From an uncultured Nitrospinaceae bacterium (GTDB taxonomy: Bacteria > Nitrospinota > Nitrospinia > Nitrospinales > VA-1), in the NCBI GenBank assembly GCA_913043155.1, contig CAJWLY010000005.1, forward strand, positions 1-23,446: DNA of 23,446 bases. Direction: 5' to 3'. The position numbers and the translations under genes were made by a program. A model generated the notes under the pieces. It did no database searches and was not told the origin of the DNA. It saw nothing but the letters and a program-made list of their open reading frames with translations. Shown here piece after piece: positions 8,373 to 17,368 of the stretch; within the stretch, counting starts at the first letter, position 1, and each line of letters begins with the position of its first letter.

Positions 8373-10325
8373 ATGAAAAGTTTAGGAAAAAAGTTTTTTC
8401 TCACAACACCTATCTATTACGTAAACGATGTCCCGCACATCGGGCACGCCTATACAACCATTGCCGCCGATGTGGTGGCGCGCTACAGGCGGCTCGAAGG
8501 GTATGAGGTGATCTTTCTCACAGGAACCGACGAACACGGACAAAAAGTCCTGCAAGCCGCGCGCGAACTCAAGGTGGAACCACAGGAACACGTCGACAAA
8601 TTACACCAGCGATTCAAGGAACTTTGGCTGAGGTTCAATATCTCCAATGATGATTTTATCCGCACCACCGAAGAACGGCACAAGGCTCTCGTTTGCGACA
8701 TCCTACAGCGGTTACACGACAAAGGAGAGATCTATAAGGATAGCTACGAGGGCTGGTACTGCATGCCCTGCGAACGGTTCTGGACAGAAAAAGACCTTAT
8801 CCAAGGAAACTGCCCAGAATGCAAACGCAAGGTAGATAAAATCCAGGAGCACAACTATTTTTTCAAGATGGGGCAGTACCAGGATTGGCTGAAGAATTAC
8901 ATCCGAACGGACGAACGATTCATACAACCGGTGTCACGCCGTAATGAAGTGCTTGGTTTTCTCGACAAACCGCTCGGGGACTTGTGCATCTCGCGCCCGG
9001 TAGAGCGCCTCCCTTGGGGCATCCCCCTGCCCTTCGACAAAAAATACGTCACCTACGTCTGGTTCGACGCACTTATCAACTATATCTCCATTCATGGATC
9101 GCTCAACGAGATCAGGAGAAGCGGATTCTGGCCCGCAAACCATCATCTACTGGGCAAGGACATCCTTACCACCCACGCCGTTTACTGGTCCACAATGCTC
9201 AAGGCGATCGGACTCGATCCGGCGCTCAATCTTTTCGCCCATGGCTGGTGGACGGTGAACGGACAAAAAATGTCGAAGTCCATTGGTAACGTGGTGGAAC
9301 CCAACAGGTTAATTGAACAGTTCGGCGTCGATGCCATTCGGTACTTTCTGATGCGCGAGGTACCGTTTGGGATGGATGGAGACTTTTCGCACAAGGCGCT
9401 GATCGGACGTGTCAATAGCGACCTCGCAAATAACCTGGGAAATCTGCTCAACCGAACGATTAATATGATGAAAAGGTATCATGACTGCATAATTCCCGAA
9501 CCGACTGAACCTAATGAAGACGCTGATCTAAAAAATGAATTCCAAAAGGGAATCGACACTGTTCATAATCTTTATGACAGCCTGGCCTACAATAAAATTC
9601 TCGAGCGCGTCTGGCATTTGATTGACGTGACCAATAAATATATCGACCACCAGGGCCCGTGGACCCTGGTCAAGTCGGAGGACGGAAAAGAACGTCTCGC
9701 AACGGTCATGTACAACACCGCGGAGTGCCTGCGTATAATCGCGATCCTCGTTTATCCGTTCATGCCAAAAAGCGCCGAAACGATGATGCAACAATTGGGA
9801 ATCGAAATTTCCATTAAGGAACAGGGGCTGGAGACAATCAAAACATGGGGTGGATTAAAACCAGGAACAAGGGTGCAGCCGGGAAACCAGCTGTTCCCAC
9901 GCATTGAGGACAAAGAAGCAGAGAAACTTCTCGCTGCCGTAGAGGTAGCCGAAAAGCTGGACTCAAAAAAAGGAGCTGAAGTAATGGAAGAGGGAACTTC
10001 CGAACAGGTGAGCATTGACGAGTTCATGAAAATCGACCTACGAACAGGGAAAATCATTGCAGCAGAAAAGGTCGAAAAATCAAAAAAACTTCTGCAGTTA
10101 AAAGTAGATATTGGCAGCGAGGTGCGCCAAGTGGTTGCGGGTATTGCGGAATGCTACGAACCGGAACAACTGATCGGGCGAACCGTCATTCTTGCCGCCA
10201 ACCTTAAGCCGGCGAAACTGATGGGCGTCGAGTCGCAGGGCATGGTGCTCGCCGCCAGTGAAGGCGGAAATATCACTTTGGCCGGATTCGATCTGGAACC
10301 AGGCAAAGGGATACGAGTGCGATGA
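8373..10325 (+). CDS. metG: Methionyl-tRNA synthetase with C-terminal tRNA-binding (Trbp111/EMAPII-like) domain
   Basis: 650 aa. HIGH motif (PHIGHAYT), KMSKS motif (QKMSKSIG), zinc knuckles CMPCE...CPECKRK, and a C-terminal OB-fold domain (IDLRTGKIIAAEKV...GMVLAAS). Confidence 0.96.
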   Translation: MKSLGKKFFLTTPIYYVNDVPHIGHAYTTIAADVVARYRRLEGYEVIFLTGTDEHGQKVLQAARELKVEPQEHVDKLHQRFKELWLRFNISNDDFIRTTEERHKALVCDILQRLHDKGEIYKDSYEGWYCMPCERFWTEKDLIQGNCPECKRKVDKIQEHNYFFKMGQYQDWLKNYIRTDERFIQPVSRRNEVLGFLDKPLGDLCISRPVERLPWGIPLPFDKKYVTYVWFDALINYISIHGSLNEIRRSGFWPANHHLLGKDILTTHAVYWSTMLKAIGLDPALNLFAHGWWTVNGQKMSKSIGNVVEPNRLIEQFGVDAIRYFLMREVPFGMDGDFSHKALIGRVNSDLANNLGNLLNRTINMMKRYHDCIIPEPTEPNEDADLKNEFQKGIDTVHNLYDSLAYNKILERVWHLIDVTNKYIDHQGPWTLVKSEDGKERLATVMYNTAECLRIIAILVYPFMPKSAETMMQQLGIEISIKEQGLETIKTWGGLKPGTRVQPGNQLFPRIEDKEAEKLLAAVEVAEKLDSKKGAEVMEEGTSEQVSIDEFMKIDLRTGKIIAAEKVEKSKKLLQLKVDIGSEVRQVVAGIAECYEPEQLIGRTVILAANLKPAKLMGVESQGMVLAASEGGNITLAGFDLEPGKGIRVR

Positions 10326-11713
10326 TCATAGATACGCATGCCCACCTCGACATGGACACATATGACGAGGACCGCTCGGACGTGATTCAACGCGCCCGCG
10401 ACGGCGGGGTCGATTACATCCTTAACATTGGTTGCGACATCGAAAGCAGTCTGCGTTCGCGGGAACTGGCTGAGCGTTACGATTTTATTTACGCTACCGC
10501 TGGCGTTCATCCTCATGACGTAAAAAACATCAATGGACATACCTACGATCACCTCAGGGAACTGCTCTCGCACCCGAAGATGCTCGCGCTTGGGGAAACC
10601 GGCCTCGACTTTTTCAAGAATTACTCGCCCCAGGACCAGCAAAAGGAACATTTCCGCAAACAGATTGAGTTGGCGCGCGAAGTGGGTAAGCCCATCATCG
10701 TCCATAGTCGTGATGCGAATAATGACATCACCAGCATTCTCTCCGATCACTTCCCGAAAGATCGGTCCGCGCGATCAGGGATCTTCCATTGTTTCTCTGG
10801 AGACCAAGAACTGGCCGACCGGGCGCTAGAGATGGGATTCTACATCTCGTTCTCTGGTTCGGTCACCTTCAAGAAATCGGATGAACTGCGTACAGTGGCA
10901 AAAACAATCCCTGCCGATCGCCTGTTCGTCGAAACGGATTGTCCATTCCTCGCACCGGTCCCGAAACGCGGTAAACGGAACGAACCGTCCTACGTCAATC
11001 ACATTGCCCAACGGATTGCCGAAATACGCGGGCTCACCGTTGAAGACCTTGCACGTACCACCGCCCTCAACTTCTTCGAACTGTTCGGCATCGGCAAGGA
11101 AGCTAAGACCGGGACCGTGTCTTACCAAATACGCAACTCACTCTATCTCAATCTGACGACACGATGCACCGCCGATTGCTCATTCTGTACCCGCTTGACG
11201 CGTCCGATCGTCCAAGGCTACAACCTCCAACTCGACCGAGAACCGACAACTGAAGAGGTGTGGGAATCGATCGACGACTGCACAAAATATGATGAAATTG
11301 TTTTCTGTGGATATGGCGAACCGACGTTGAGGCTCGACGTCGTCAAGGAAGTAGCAAAAAAAATCAAAACTGCAGGGGGACGCGTTAGGCTGAACACTAA
11401 CGGACACGGCAACGCAATCAACAAACGCAATATCCTGCCCGAACTCAAGGGACTGGTTGATGCGATTTCAATCAGCCTCAACGCCGACACTCCTGAGGCC
11501 TACGATGAAATCGTCCGCCCCCTACCCGGCTTGCGCGAAGGCCTCTACGACAAGGTCAAGGAGTTCATCGAGGAATCCAAAAAATACATTCCGAAAGTGC
11601 AGGCCACCATCGTAACGCATCAGGACGGCGTCAATGAAACAAAATGTGAAGATATGGCCTGCAATGAGTTCGATATCGACTACCGGCCCCGACGCTACAA
11701 CATCGTGGGTTAA
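10322..11713 (+). CDS. tatD: TatD-family metal-dependent hydrolase fused to a C-terminal radical SAM domain
   Basis: 463 aa in one continuous frame. Residues 1 to ~250 are TatD (IDTHAHLD, HSRDA, FVETDCPFLAPVP). Residues ~255 to 463 carry CTADCSFC (CX3CX2C) and the glycine-rich FCGYGEPTL SAM motif. The start overlaps the metG stop (ATGA). Confidence 0.85.
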   Translation: MIIDTHAHLDMDTYDEDRSDVIQRARDGGVDYILNIGCDIESSLRSRELAERYDFIYATAGVHPHDVKNINGHTYDHLRELLSHPKMLALGETGLDFFKNYSPQDQQKEHFRKQIELAREVGKPIIVHSRDANNDITSILSDHFPKDRSARSGIFHCFSGDQELADRALEMGFYISFSGSVTFKKSDELRTVAKTIPADRLFVETDCPFLAPVPKRGKRNEPSYVNHIAQRIAEIRGLTVEDLARTTALNFFELFGIGKEAKTGTVSYQIRNSLYLNLTTRCTADCSFCTRLTRPIVQGYNLQLDREPTTEEVWESIDDCTKYDEIVFCGYGEPTLRLDVVKEVAKKIKTAGGRVRLNTNGHGNAINKRNILPELKGLVDAISISLNADTPEAYDEIVRPLPGLREGLYDKVKEFIEESKKYIPKVQATIVTHQDGVNETKCEDMACNEFDIDYRPRRYNIVG

Positions 11714-11771
11714 GCTCTCCGTTTCATCTCGCACAGAGCCTCAAAAACGCAGAAAAAAGGGGGGACAAATA

Positions 11772-12164
11772 ATGAACTGGATTCCTACAGGCGCGGTTTT
11801 CAGCGGGTTCAGCGTACTGCTTGGAGCAGTCGGGGCGCACGGACTCAAAAATATTCTCTCCGAACAAAAACTCAAGGCTTTCCACACGGCAACTCAGTAC
11901 ATGGGATACCACGGTCTAGCACTGATACTCGTCGGTATTCTTTGCCTGCATCTTGGAGCCGACAGGGCGAAAGCACTTAAGAAAGTCGGCATCCTGTTTC
12001 TGGCGGGTATTCTCATGTTCTCTGGAAGTATCTATATCCTCACCTTCGATGGGCCCCGTTTATTTGGTCCGGTCACCCCACTCGGCGGACTCTCCTTTAT
12101 AGCCGGCTGGTTCACCTTCGCCTGGGTGATGCGTGGGCATTCCAATAAAAACTATAATCCCTAA
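11772..12164 (+). CDS. DUF423/YgdD-family small inner-membrane protein
   Basis: 130 aa from an ATG preceded by an AAAAAAGGGGGG Shine-Dalgarno. GAVGAHGL...AFHTATQYMGYHGLAL...FSGSIYIL...VTPLGGLSFIAGW closely parallels E. coli YgdD. The ORF-track N-terminal extension (11634) overlaps the previous gene and is rejected. Confidence 0.82.
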   Translation: MNWIPTGAVFSGFSVLLGAVGAHGLKNILSEQKLKAFHTATQYMGYHGLALILVGILCLHLGADRAKALKKVGILFLAGILMFSGSIYILTFDGPRLFGPVTPLGGLSFIAGWFTFAWVMRGHSNKNYNP

Positions 12165-12166
12165 AA

Positions 12167-12182
12167 CCACCCTCAAAGGTGG
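12167..12182. terminator. Short hairpin between convergent genes, possible bidirectional terminator
   Basis: CCACC-ctcaaa-GGTGG (5-bp stem), followed by TTTT when read on the minus strand. Lies in the 26-bp gap between the convergent stops at 12164 and 12191. Confidence 0.25.
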
Positions 12183-12190
12183 ATTTCGAT

Positions 12191-13039
12191 TTACCCATTC
12201 TCTCGCCCCAGCCTTTTTCCTACAGGAGAGAAGATATCTTTGGAACGTTTCCGGTAGGAGTACCACACAAGCAAGGCCAATATTCCCGTGGCAGAGGCGG
12301 ACGGGACAAGCGCGACACGATCCCAAGCCGGACGAAAATCAATCTCTCCTCCGATCTCACCAGTATAGTGCTTCAGCATTTCGGCATATTCGATCATGAG
12401 ATGCACGGGATAAACGGTCTCGGTGCTCTCGGCCGAACGATGCACTGGCACCTCGAATGATTTTTCCTCACCGCCGCGAATGGTGAATCCCATCATCTGC
12501 CCAAACTCGTCCGCGACCAGTCCAGGGGGAAGAAGAAGCATCAGCCGAACATTTTTAAACGACGACGAGTTATTACGGAGAAAAATTTTTAGTAGCGATC
12601 CATCTCCCTGCCGGGTCGTTCGGATTTCTCCATCGATAACTGACTTCACTGGCTCGCGGAAATAAAATGAGTCGGTATGAATCTGCGTAAGTGGCGCTTC
12701 GTCTTTGGCGCCGGTTTTATATTCCGCCATAACCACGAGTGGGTAGCGTCCCGTTCTCAACACCGGCGGATGGTCGGTGTTCTCCAGCGTGACCCCCTGC
12801 CCCGGATCAAGTCTGACGATCTTATCCATCATCACCATGCTGTGATGAAAATGGAACATAGGGTGTACATCATAGAGCGGCTCACGTCCGTTATTCTTCA
12901 CCGTCAAACGAACCCACACCCTACCGTCATCATCCACCAACGCCTGCGTGGTTAGTTGCAGCGGGGACGCCCACACAGAAGAGGAAAACCCAGCTGTTAA
13001 AAAAAACACCAGCAATAGACCTGCGCAAAGTTTCTCCAT
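12191..13039 (-). CDS. Exported hypothetical protein: signal peptide, two beta-rich (Ig/CARDB-like) repeats, C-terminal transmembrane anchor
   Basis: Start taken at the third in-frame Met (MEKLCAGLLLVFFLTAGFSSSVWA^SP), which gives a plausible signal peptide. The ORF-track start is 13075. Two similar segments (VRLTVKNNGREPLYDV and LKIFLRNNSSSFKNVRLML). C-terminal hydrophobic ATGILALLVWYSY followed by RKRSK. Confidence 0.55.
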   Translation of the reverse strand: MEKLCAGLLLVFFLTAGFSSSVWASPLQLTTQALVDDDGRVWVRLTVKNNGREPLYDVHPMFHFHHSMVMMDKIVRLDPGQGVTLENTDHPPVLRTGRYPLVVMAEYKTGAKDEAPLTQIHTDSFYFREPVKSVIDGEIRTTRQGDGSLLKIFLRNNSSSFKNVRLMLLLPPGLVADEFGQMMGFTIRGGEEKSFEVPVHRSAESTETVYPVHLMIEYAEMLKHYTGEIGGEIDFRPAWDRVALVPSASATGILALLVWYSYRKRSKDIFSPVGKRLGRENG

Positions 13040-13146
13040 AGAAGGTGATTCTATCATGGTTTCACACGGAGCCATCTTGCTACCTGTCTATTGGGGCCGA
13101 AAATTGGTATACTTATCCAAACCGTAACACATGTAGGGGGTGGGTC

Positions 13147-13908
13147 ATGGATGGCGCAATCGTTGCCCTAATAATACTGGGTCTGCTTCTCTTCAGCGCA
13201 CTCAAAATTCTGCGTGAATACGAACGTGGTGTCATTTTTCTTCTGGGCCGATTCTGGAAAGTGAAGGGTCCGGGACTCATCATCGTCATTCCCGGAATTC
13301 AGAAGATGATCAAGGTAAGCCTGCGCACGGTAGTCATGGACGTACCACCGCAGGACATCATCACCCGTGACAATGTCACAGTTAAGGTGAACGCGGTTTT
13401 ATATTTCCGCGTCATCGAGGCCAGAAAGGCCATCATCGAGGTCGAAGATTACCTTTACGCCACCTCCCAGCTTGCGCAAACAACGTTACGAAGTATCCTG
13501 GGCCAAAGCCAGTTGGACGATCTGCTTTCGAAGCGCGACGAGATCAACGCCCACCTACAGAAAGCGATCGATGAACAAACCGAGCCCTGGGGCGTAAAGG
13601 TCGCAAACGTGGAAGTCAAAAACGTCGACCTACCCCAGGAGATGCAGCGTGCCATCGCCAAACAGGCCGAAGCGGAGCGGGAACGTCGAGCCAAAGTCAT
13701 CAACGCCAAGGGCGAATACGAAGCGGCAGAAAAACTGAGCCAGGCCGCGGACACCATCGGGGCGCACCCTCCGGCCCTGCAACTGAGATTCCTGCAAACC
13801 CTGCTAGACATCTCCACCGACCGCAACACCACCATGTTCGTGCCCATCCCGCTGGAATTGTTCGAGGGCTTTTCCAAACAGAAAAAGCCAGGCTCCGATG
13901 GCCTCTGA
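13147..13908 (+). CDS. SPFH/band-7 (stomatin/QmcA-like) membrane protein
   Basis: N-terminal transmembrane helix ([19 protein letters not shown]), then an SPFH core ([31 protein letters not shown]...) and a C-terminal coiled coil ([15 protein letters not shown]). ATG at 13147 preceded by GGGGGTGGG. The GTG at 13045 in the ORF track is rejected. Confidence 0.85.
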   Translation: MDGAIVALIILGLLLFSALKILREYERGVIFLLGRFWKVKGPGLIIVIPGIQKMIKVSLRTVVMDVPPQDIITRDNVTVKVNAVLYFRVIEARKAIIEVEDYLYATSQLAQTTLRSILGQSQLDDLLSKRDEINAHLQKAIDEQTEPWGVKVANVEVKNVDLPQEMQRAIAKQAEAERERRAKVINAKGEYEAAEKLSQAADTIGAHPPALQLRFLQTLLDISTDRNTTMFVPIPLELFEGFSKQKKPGSDGL

Positions 13909-14032
13909 CCATAACCCGCATCAGGCCCTCGAAATAAACTATTAGGGGCCCACCCTTACTTCCCTTTTGCTTGGGGTTTGCCAGAGGATGCATTAGAATA
14001 AATAAGGATACGATATTCATCGAGCCGCTCCA

Positions 14033-17000
14033 ATGGAACCTCACGCCTTCATTGAGAATTTCCTGAACCGAGTACGCCGCCTGCATACGCGGACCCAGTT
14101 ACTTCACGGGTTCAACATAATAATAGCTTATATTTCAATAAGTTATCTAACAGCCAACCTGCTGGCTTGGTTTTATCCCGCAGCCCATGAATGGTCCTGG
14201 TTGGTGGGAGCCCTGTTTCTAGGGGGATTGGGTTACATAGTCTTCCGCTACATCCTCCAGATCGGATTCGTGTCCTTTTCGCTTGACGATGCGGCGCTGT
14301 TGACGGAATTGCGGCACCCCCACTTAAACAATTCTCTCATCAATTCGTGCCAGTTGGCGCGTCGGCTGAAGCGCCCTGAAGCAAAAAAACAATCATCCCT
14401 GGAATTTATCCACGAACTGCACCGCCGTACCCGCCTGACCATCGAAGCAATCGATCCAAGATCGGTAATTGACCGGAGTGACTTGGTGTCAAGCCGCAAC
14501 TGGTTTGCTGGGGCTTTAGGTTCGCTTATTCTTCTGGCGTTGTTTCTTCCCGATTTTCTAACACAGGGATACAACCGCTGGATGCCTCCCCCTAAACCGC
14601 ACCAAGCCGCAATTGACAAATCGGTAAAACCAGACCTTTTGGAACCCACTGCCGCTAAAACTGCCTATGCGATCGACTCCTTGAGTCTGACTTTTCACTT
14701 TCCAGCGTATACGAGAATGAAGACAAAAACTGTAAAATCTTCTGACGGAAAGATCCACGTCCTTCCCGGAAGCGAGGTGAAAATTTCAGCCCGCACCAAC
14801 CTCCCCACAACCGGGGGCGACCTGATATTTAACGGCAAGGACAACTTCGTCATGAGCATGGAGGATCCAGCGAACCTTAACGGACGCCTCCTTATAAAGG
14901 AAAAAGGCTTCTACCAATTCCGAATCAAAGATGCGGTTGGAAAAAAACATCTACTCGCGCAAAAGTATCCGGTAACGCTCGGCCAAGACCGCTCGCCCAG
15001 CATCGTTTTATTCCTCGCCAACCCAAAACCTGTTTACTTCAACACCGACAAGGTCCAGCTGTTTTATGAAGGGAGCGACGACTTCGGTATCGGGTCCGTC
15101 GAACTGGTGGCCTACATCAACGGAAAAATCCAGCGCTTTCCGGTCAAACGGTTCAAAGAACACGAGAAGGAAGCCAAGGGCGACTACACTTGGGCCCTAT
15201 CGCAAATCGAGCTTCATCCGGGTGACGAGGTCCAGTACTACCTTGAGATTAAAGACAACGACAACGTACGAGGTCCGAACACCGGCCAATCCGAGGCATA
15301 CACCTTCACCATTTTCGACTCAGCAAAAGAACTGGAGAGCTTAATCGCCTTACAGGAAGAGTTGACCGAGAAAATGATCGCACTCCTGGCAACGGGGCTA
15401 GTTAAAGGCGCGTCGCTAGATAACTCGGTCGATGATCCGATGCAGTGGGAAAAACTTTTCACCACCAGCACCGACGCCCTGATCGAGATCGTAAGCCTGG
15501 CCCAACGCATTCGCGACCGGGGAAAAACCATCGACCGGTTCCCGCAACCTTACCTCAACCTGCTCAATAACGTTGCCTCCGGTCTGGCACGCATTCGACA
15601 GGAGCAGATTGAAGCAATCAACCAGATTCGGGACACAATCCATAAACCAACGCAGGCAAAATTTGACTCCTCTTCCCCTTACCGCACCATCAACAACCGA
15701 ATGATCGGTCACCTGGAAAACGATATTCTCTTCTTGGTCAAAATGACCAATCGGCAGAAGTTGGACCGGGTGGTGGGTCTGGAAGAGAAGCTCAACAACC
15801 TGACCCAAACCCTGCGCCAAGAGTTTGAGAAACTGAAGGACCGCAAAACCAAACCACGCCCAAACGAGTTGAAGAGCAAAATTAAACAGATACGCGACAC
15901 CCTGCAAAAAATCATGGACCAGCTGGCCCGCCAGACCCAGTCCATGCCCGACGAATTTTTAAATTCGGCCGCCTTCAAACGCCTGAGCATGGACTCGTTC
16001 GCCGCTTCGCTGGAACGGATGATGGACATGGTGAACCGCGGCCAGTTCGAGGAAGCAATGGAGGAGTTGAAAAAAGTCTCTGAGGACCTGCAACAGCTAG
16101 CCAATCAATTCAACCAAGCACGGTCGGAAATGGACGACCTTCTCGATATGCAGATCGCGGAAGCGCTGGACGACTCCATCGAGAAGTTGGATAAGCTGGA
16201 AGCTCGACAACAGAGGCTGGTTGAAGACACCACCCAAATCAATCAGGAACTGAGGGAACAACAATCAAAACGGTTTGAAAAGGAGCTGGACAATTTCTTT
16301 AAAGAACTCCAACACAACGTAGATGCCATCCGCTCTCTTTTCAAAGAGGACGAAGAGTATCTCAACAGGCACCGTGTGATGAAGCAACTTGAAAAATTGA
16401 TGGCTCAAGAAACAAAACTCAACCGAAAAATAAATGAACTAGGCCAGAAAACCGTCGATTCGAGCCTCACAGAGAGGTTGGATCAGAATTTCCAAACCCT
16501 CAACGAAGCGCGCAAAGAACTTTCCAAATTGACCCATGAAAAAGACTCTCTGCGTGTGAATGAGTTTCAGCGGTTCAGGGAAGGGTTGCCGCAGCTTATG
16601 AAAAAATACGACACGCTCCGAGAACTAGCCAGGTTGCGGGATCTCACCGAATTCGGCAACCTGTTCAAAAAAGCCTACCCCGAAGTGTTTCGCTGGCAAA
16701 ATAACCTGCGCACCACGCCCAATCGGAGGGAGGACATTGGTGAACAATTGGACAACGACCTAAAGCAGGTCACCCGGCTCAACAACGAAATTTCAAAAAA
16801 GTTAGGATCGATGATGCGATCGATCCGCAAGAACTACGATTCATCCATCACCGAAAAACAAAAAAAGAAACTGGGACAAATGGCTCAACAAGAAAGTCAG
16901 ATGCGCAAGGAAGTAGAGGAGTTGACACGCCGGTTTGACCGTTTAAACCAAGAAAACCCGATGGTCCCATCCCAGCTTTCGAAGCAGATGGGGCAAACGG

Positions 17001-17368
17001 GGCGTCGCATGAAACGCGCCGAGCGAAACCTCAAAGAACAGAATATCCGCGAAAGCATAGAGGCAGAAAACCATGCACTTAAGGGATTGCGCGAAACCCG
17101 TGATCTACTCAAGGAAATGAAAAACTCTAACGGCCAAGCCCAACAGGCGCAACAGAAAACACCGAACCGACTCGGCACTGGCAGCCGACTTGACTCACGG
17201 CGTGGTGGAGGAGCACGTATGCGGAATGAGCGCGTGCTGTTGCCTTCCGAAGATCAATATCAGGTACCCAGAGAATTTCGCGAGGAAATTCTCAACGCAA
17301 TGAAAAAGCAAACGCCGAAAGACTATCAGCGCATGGTCATGGAATATTACAAGAACCTAGTGAAATGA
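14033..17368 (+). CDS. Giant membrane-anchored coiled-coil protein (possibly DUF4175/TIGR02302-like), function unknown
   Basis: 1111 aa. Has 2-3 N-terminal transmembrane helices, a beta-rich region at roughly residues 200-420, about 600 aa of charged heptad-like helix (E/K/Q/R/L rich), and a Q/G-rich low-complexity tail (NGQAQQAQQKTPNRLGTGSRLDSRRGGGARMR). An in-frame stop lies 27 nt upstream of the ATG. Contiguous with the MoxR locus. Confidence 0.75.
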   Translation: MEPHAFIENFLNRVRRLHTRTQLLHGFNIIIAYISISYLTANLLAWFYPAAHEWSWLVGALFLGGLGYIVFRYILQIGFVSFSLDDAALLTELRHPHLNNSLINSCQLARRLKRPEAKKQSSLEFIHELHRRTRLTIEAIDPRSVIDRSDLVSSRNWFAGALGSLILLALFLPDFLTQGYNRWMPPPKPHQAAIDKSVKPDLLEPTAAKTAYAIDSLSLTFHFPAYTRMKTKTVKSSDGKIHVLPGSEVKISARTNLPTTGGDLIFNGKDNFVMSMEDPANLNGRLLIKEKGFYQFRIKDAVGKKHLLAQKYPVTLGQDRSPSIVLFLANPKPVYFNTDKVQLFYEGSDDFGIGSVELVAYINGKIQRFPVKRFKEHEKEAKGDYTWALSQIELHPGDEVQYYLEIKDNDNVRGPNTGQSEAYTFTIFDSAKELESLIALQEELTEKMIALLATGLVKGASLDNSVDDPMQWEKLFTTSTDALIEIVSLAQRIRDRGKTIDRFPQPYLNLLNNVASGLARIRQEQIEAINQIRDTIHKPTQAKFDSSSPYRTINNRMIGHLENDILFLVKMTNRQKLDRVVGLEEKLNNLTQTLRQEFEKLKDRKTKPRPNELKSKIKQIRDTLQKIMDQLARQTQSMPDEFLNSAAFKRLSMDSFAASLERMMDMVNRGQFEEAMEELKKVSEDLQQLANQFNQARSEMDDLLDMQIAEALDDSIEKLDKLEARQQRLVEDTTQINQELREQQSKRFEKELDNFFKELQHNVDAIRSLFKEDEEYLNRHRVMKQLEKLMAQETKLNRKINELGQKTVDSSLTERLDQNFQTLNEARKELSKLTHEKDSLRVNEFQRFREGLPQLMKKYDTLRELARLRDLTEFGNLFKKAYPEVFRWQNNLRTTPNRREDIGEQLDNDLKQVTRLNNEISKKLGSMMRSIRKNYDSSITEKQKKKLGQMAQQESQMRKEVEELTRRFDRLNQENPMVPSQLSKQMGQTGRRMKRAERNLKEQNIRESIEAENHALKGLRETRDLLKEMKNSNGQAQQAQQKTPNRLGTGSRLDSRRGGGARMRNERVLLPSEDQYQVPREFREEILNAMKKQTPKDYQRMVMEYYKNLVK

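Noticed and set aside
10154-10750. 198-aa minus-strand ORF spanning the metG/tatD junction
   Set aside because: It overlaps two well-supported plus-strand genes, has no recognisable motifs, and is a typical GC-frame artefact.
11634-11771. N-terminal extension of the DUF423 ORF
   Set aside because: It overlaps the 3' end of the tatD-radical SAM gene, and YgdD homology begins at the internal Met (11772) with a strong Shine-Dalgarno.
13045-13146. GTG-initiated N-terminal extension of the SPFH gene
   Set aside because: The extension ([15 protein letters not shown]...) is not SPFH-like. The ATG at 13147 is preceded by a G-rich Shine-Dalgarno and starts directly at the transmembrane helix.
15416-16104. 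163-aa and 131-aa minus-strand ORFs inside the giant coiled-coil gene
   Set aside because: They are antisense to a repetitive, low-complexity coding region. Their composition (L/V/Q rich) mirrors the sense-strand codon bias.
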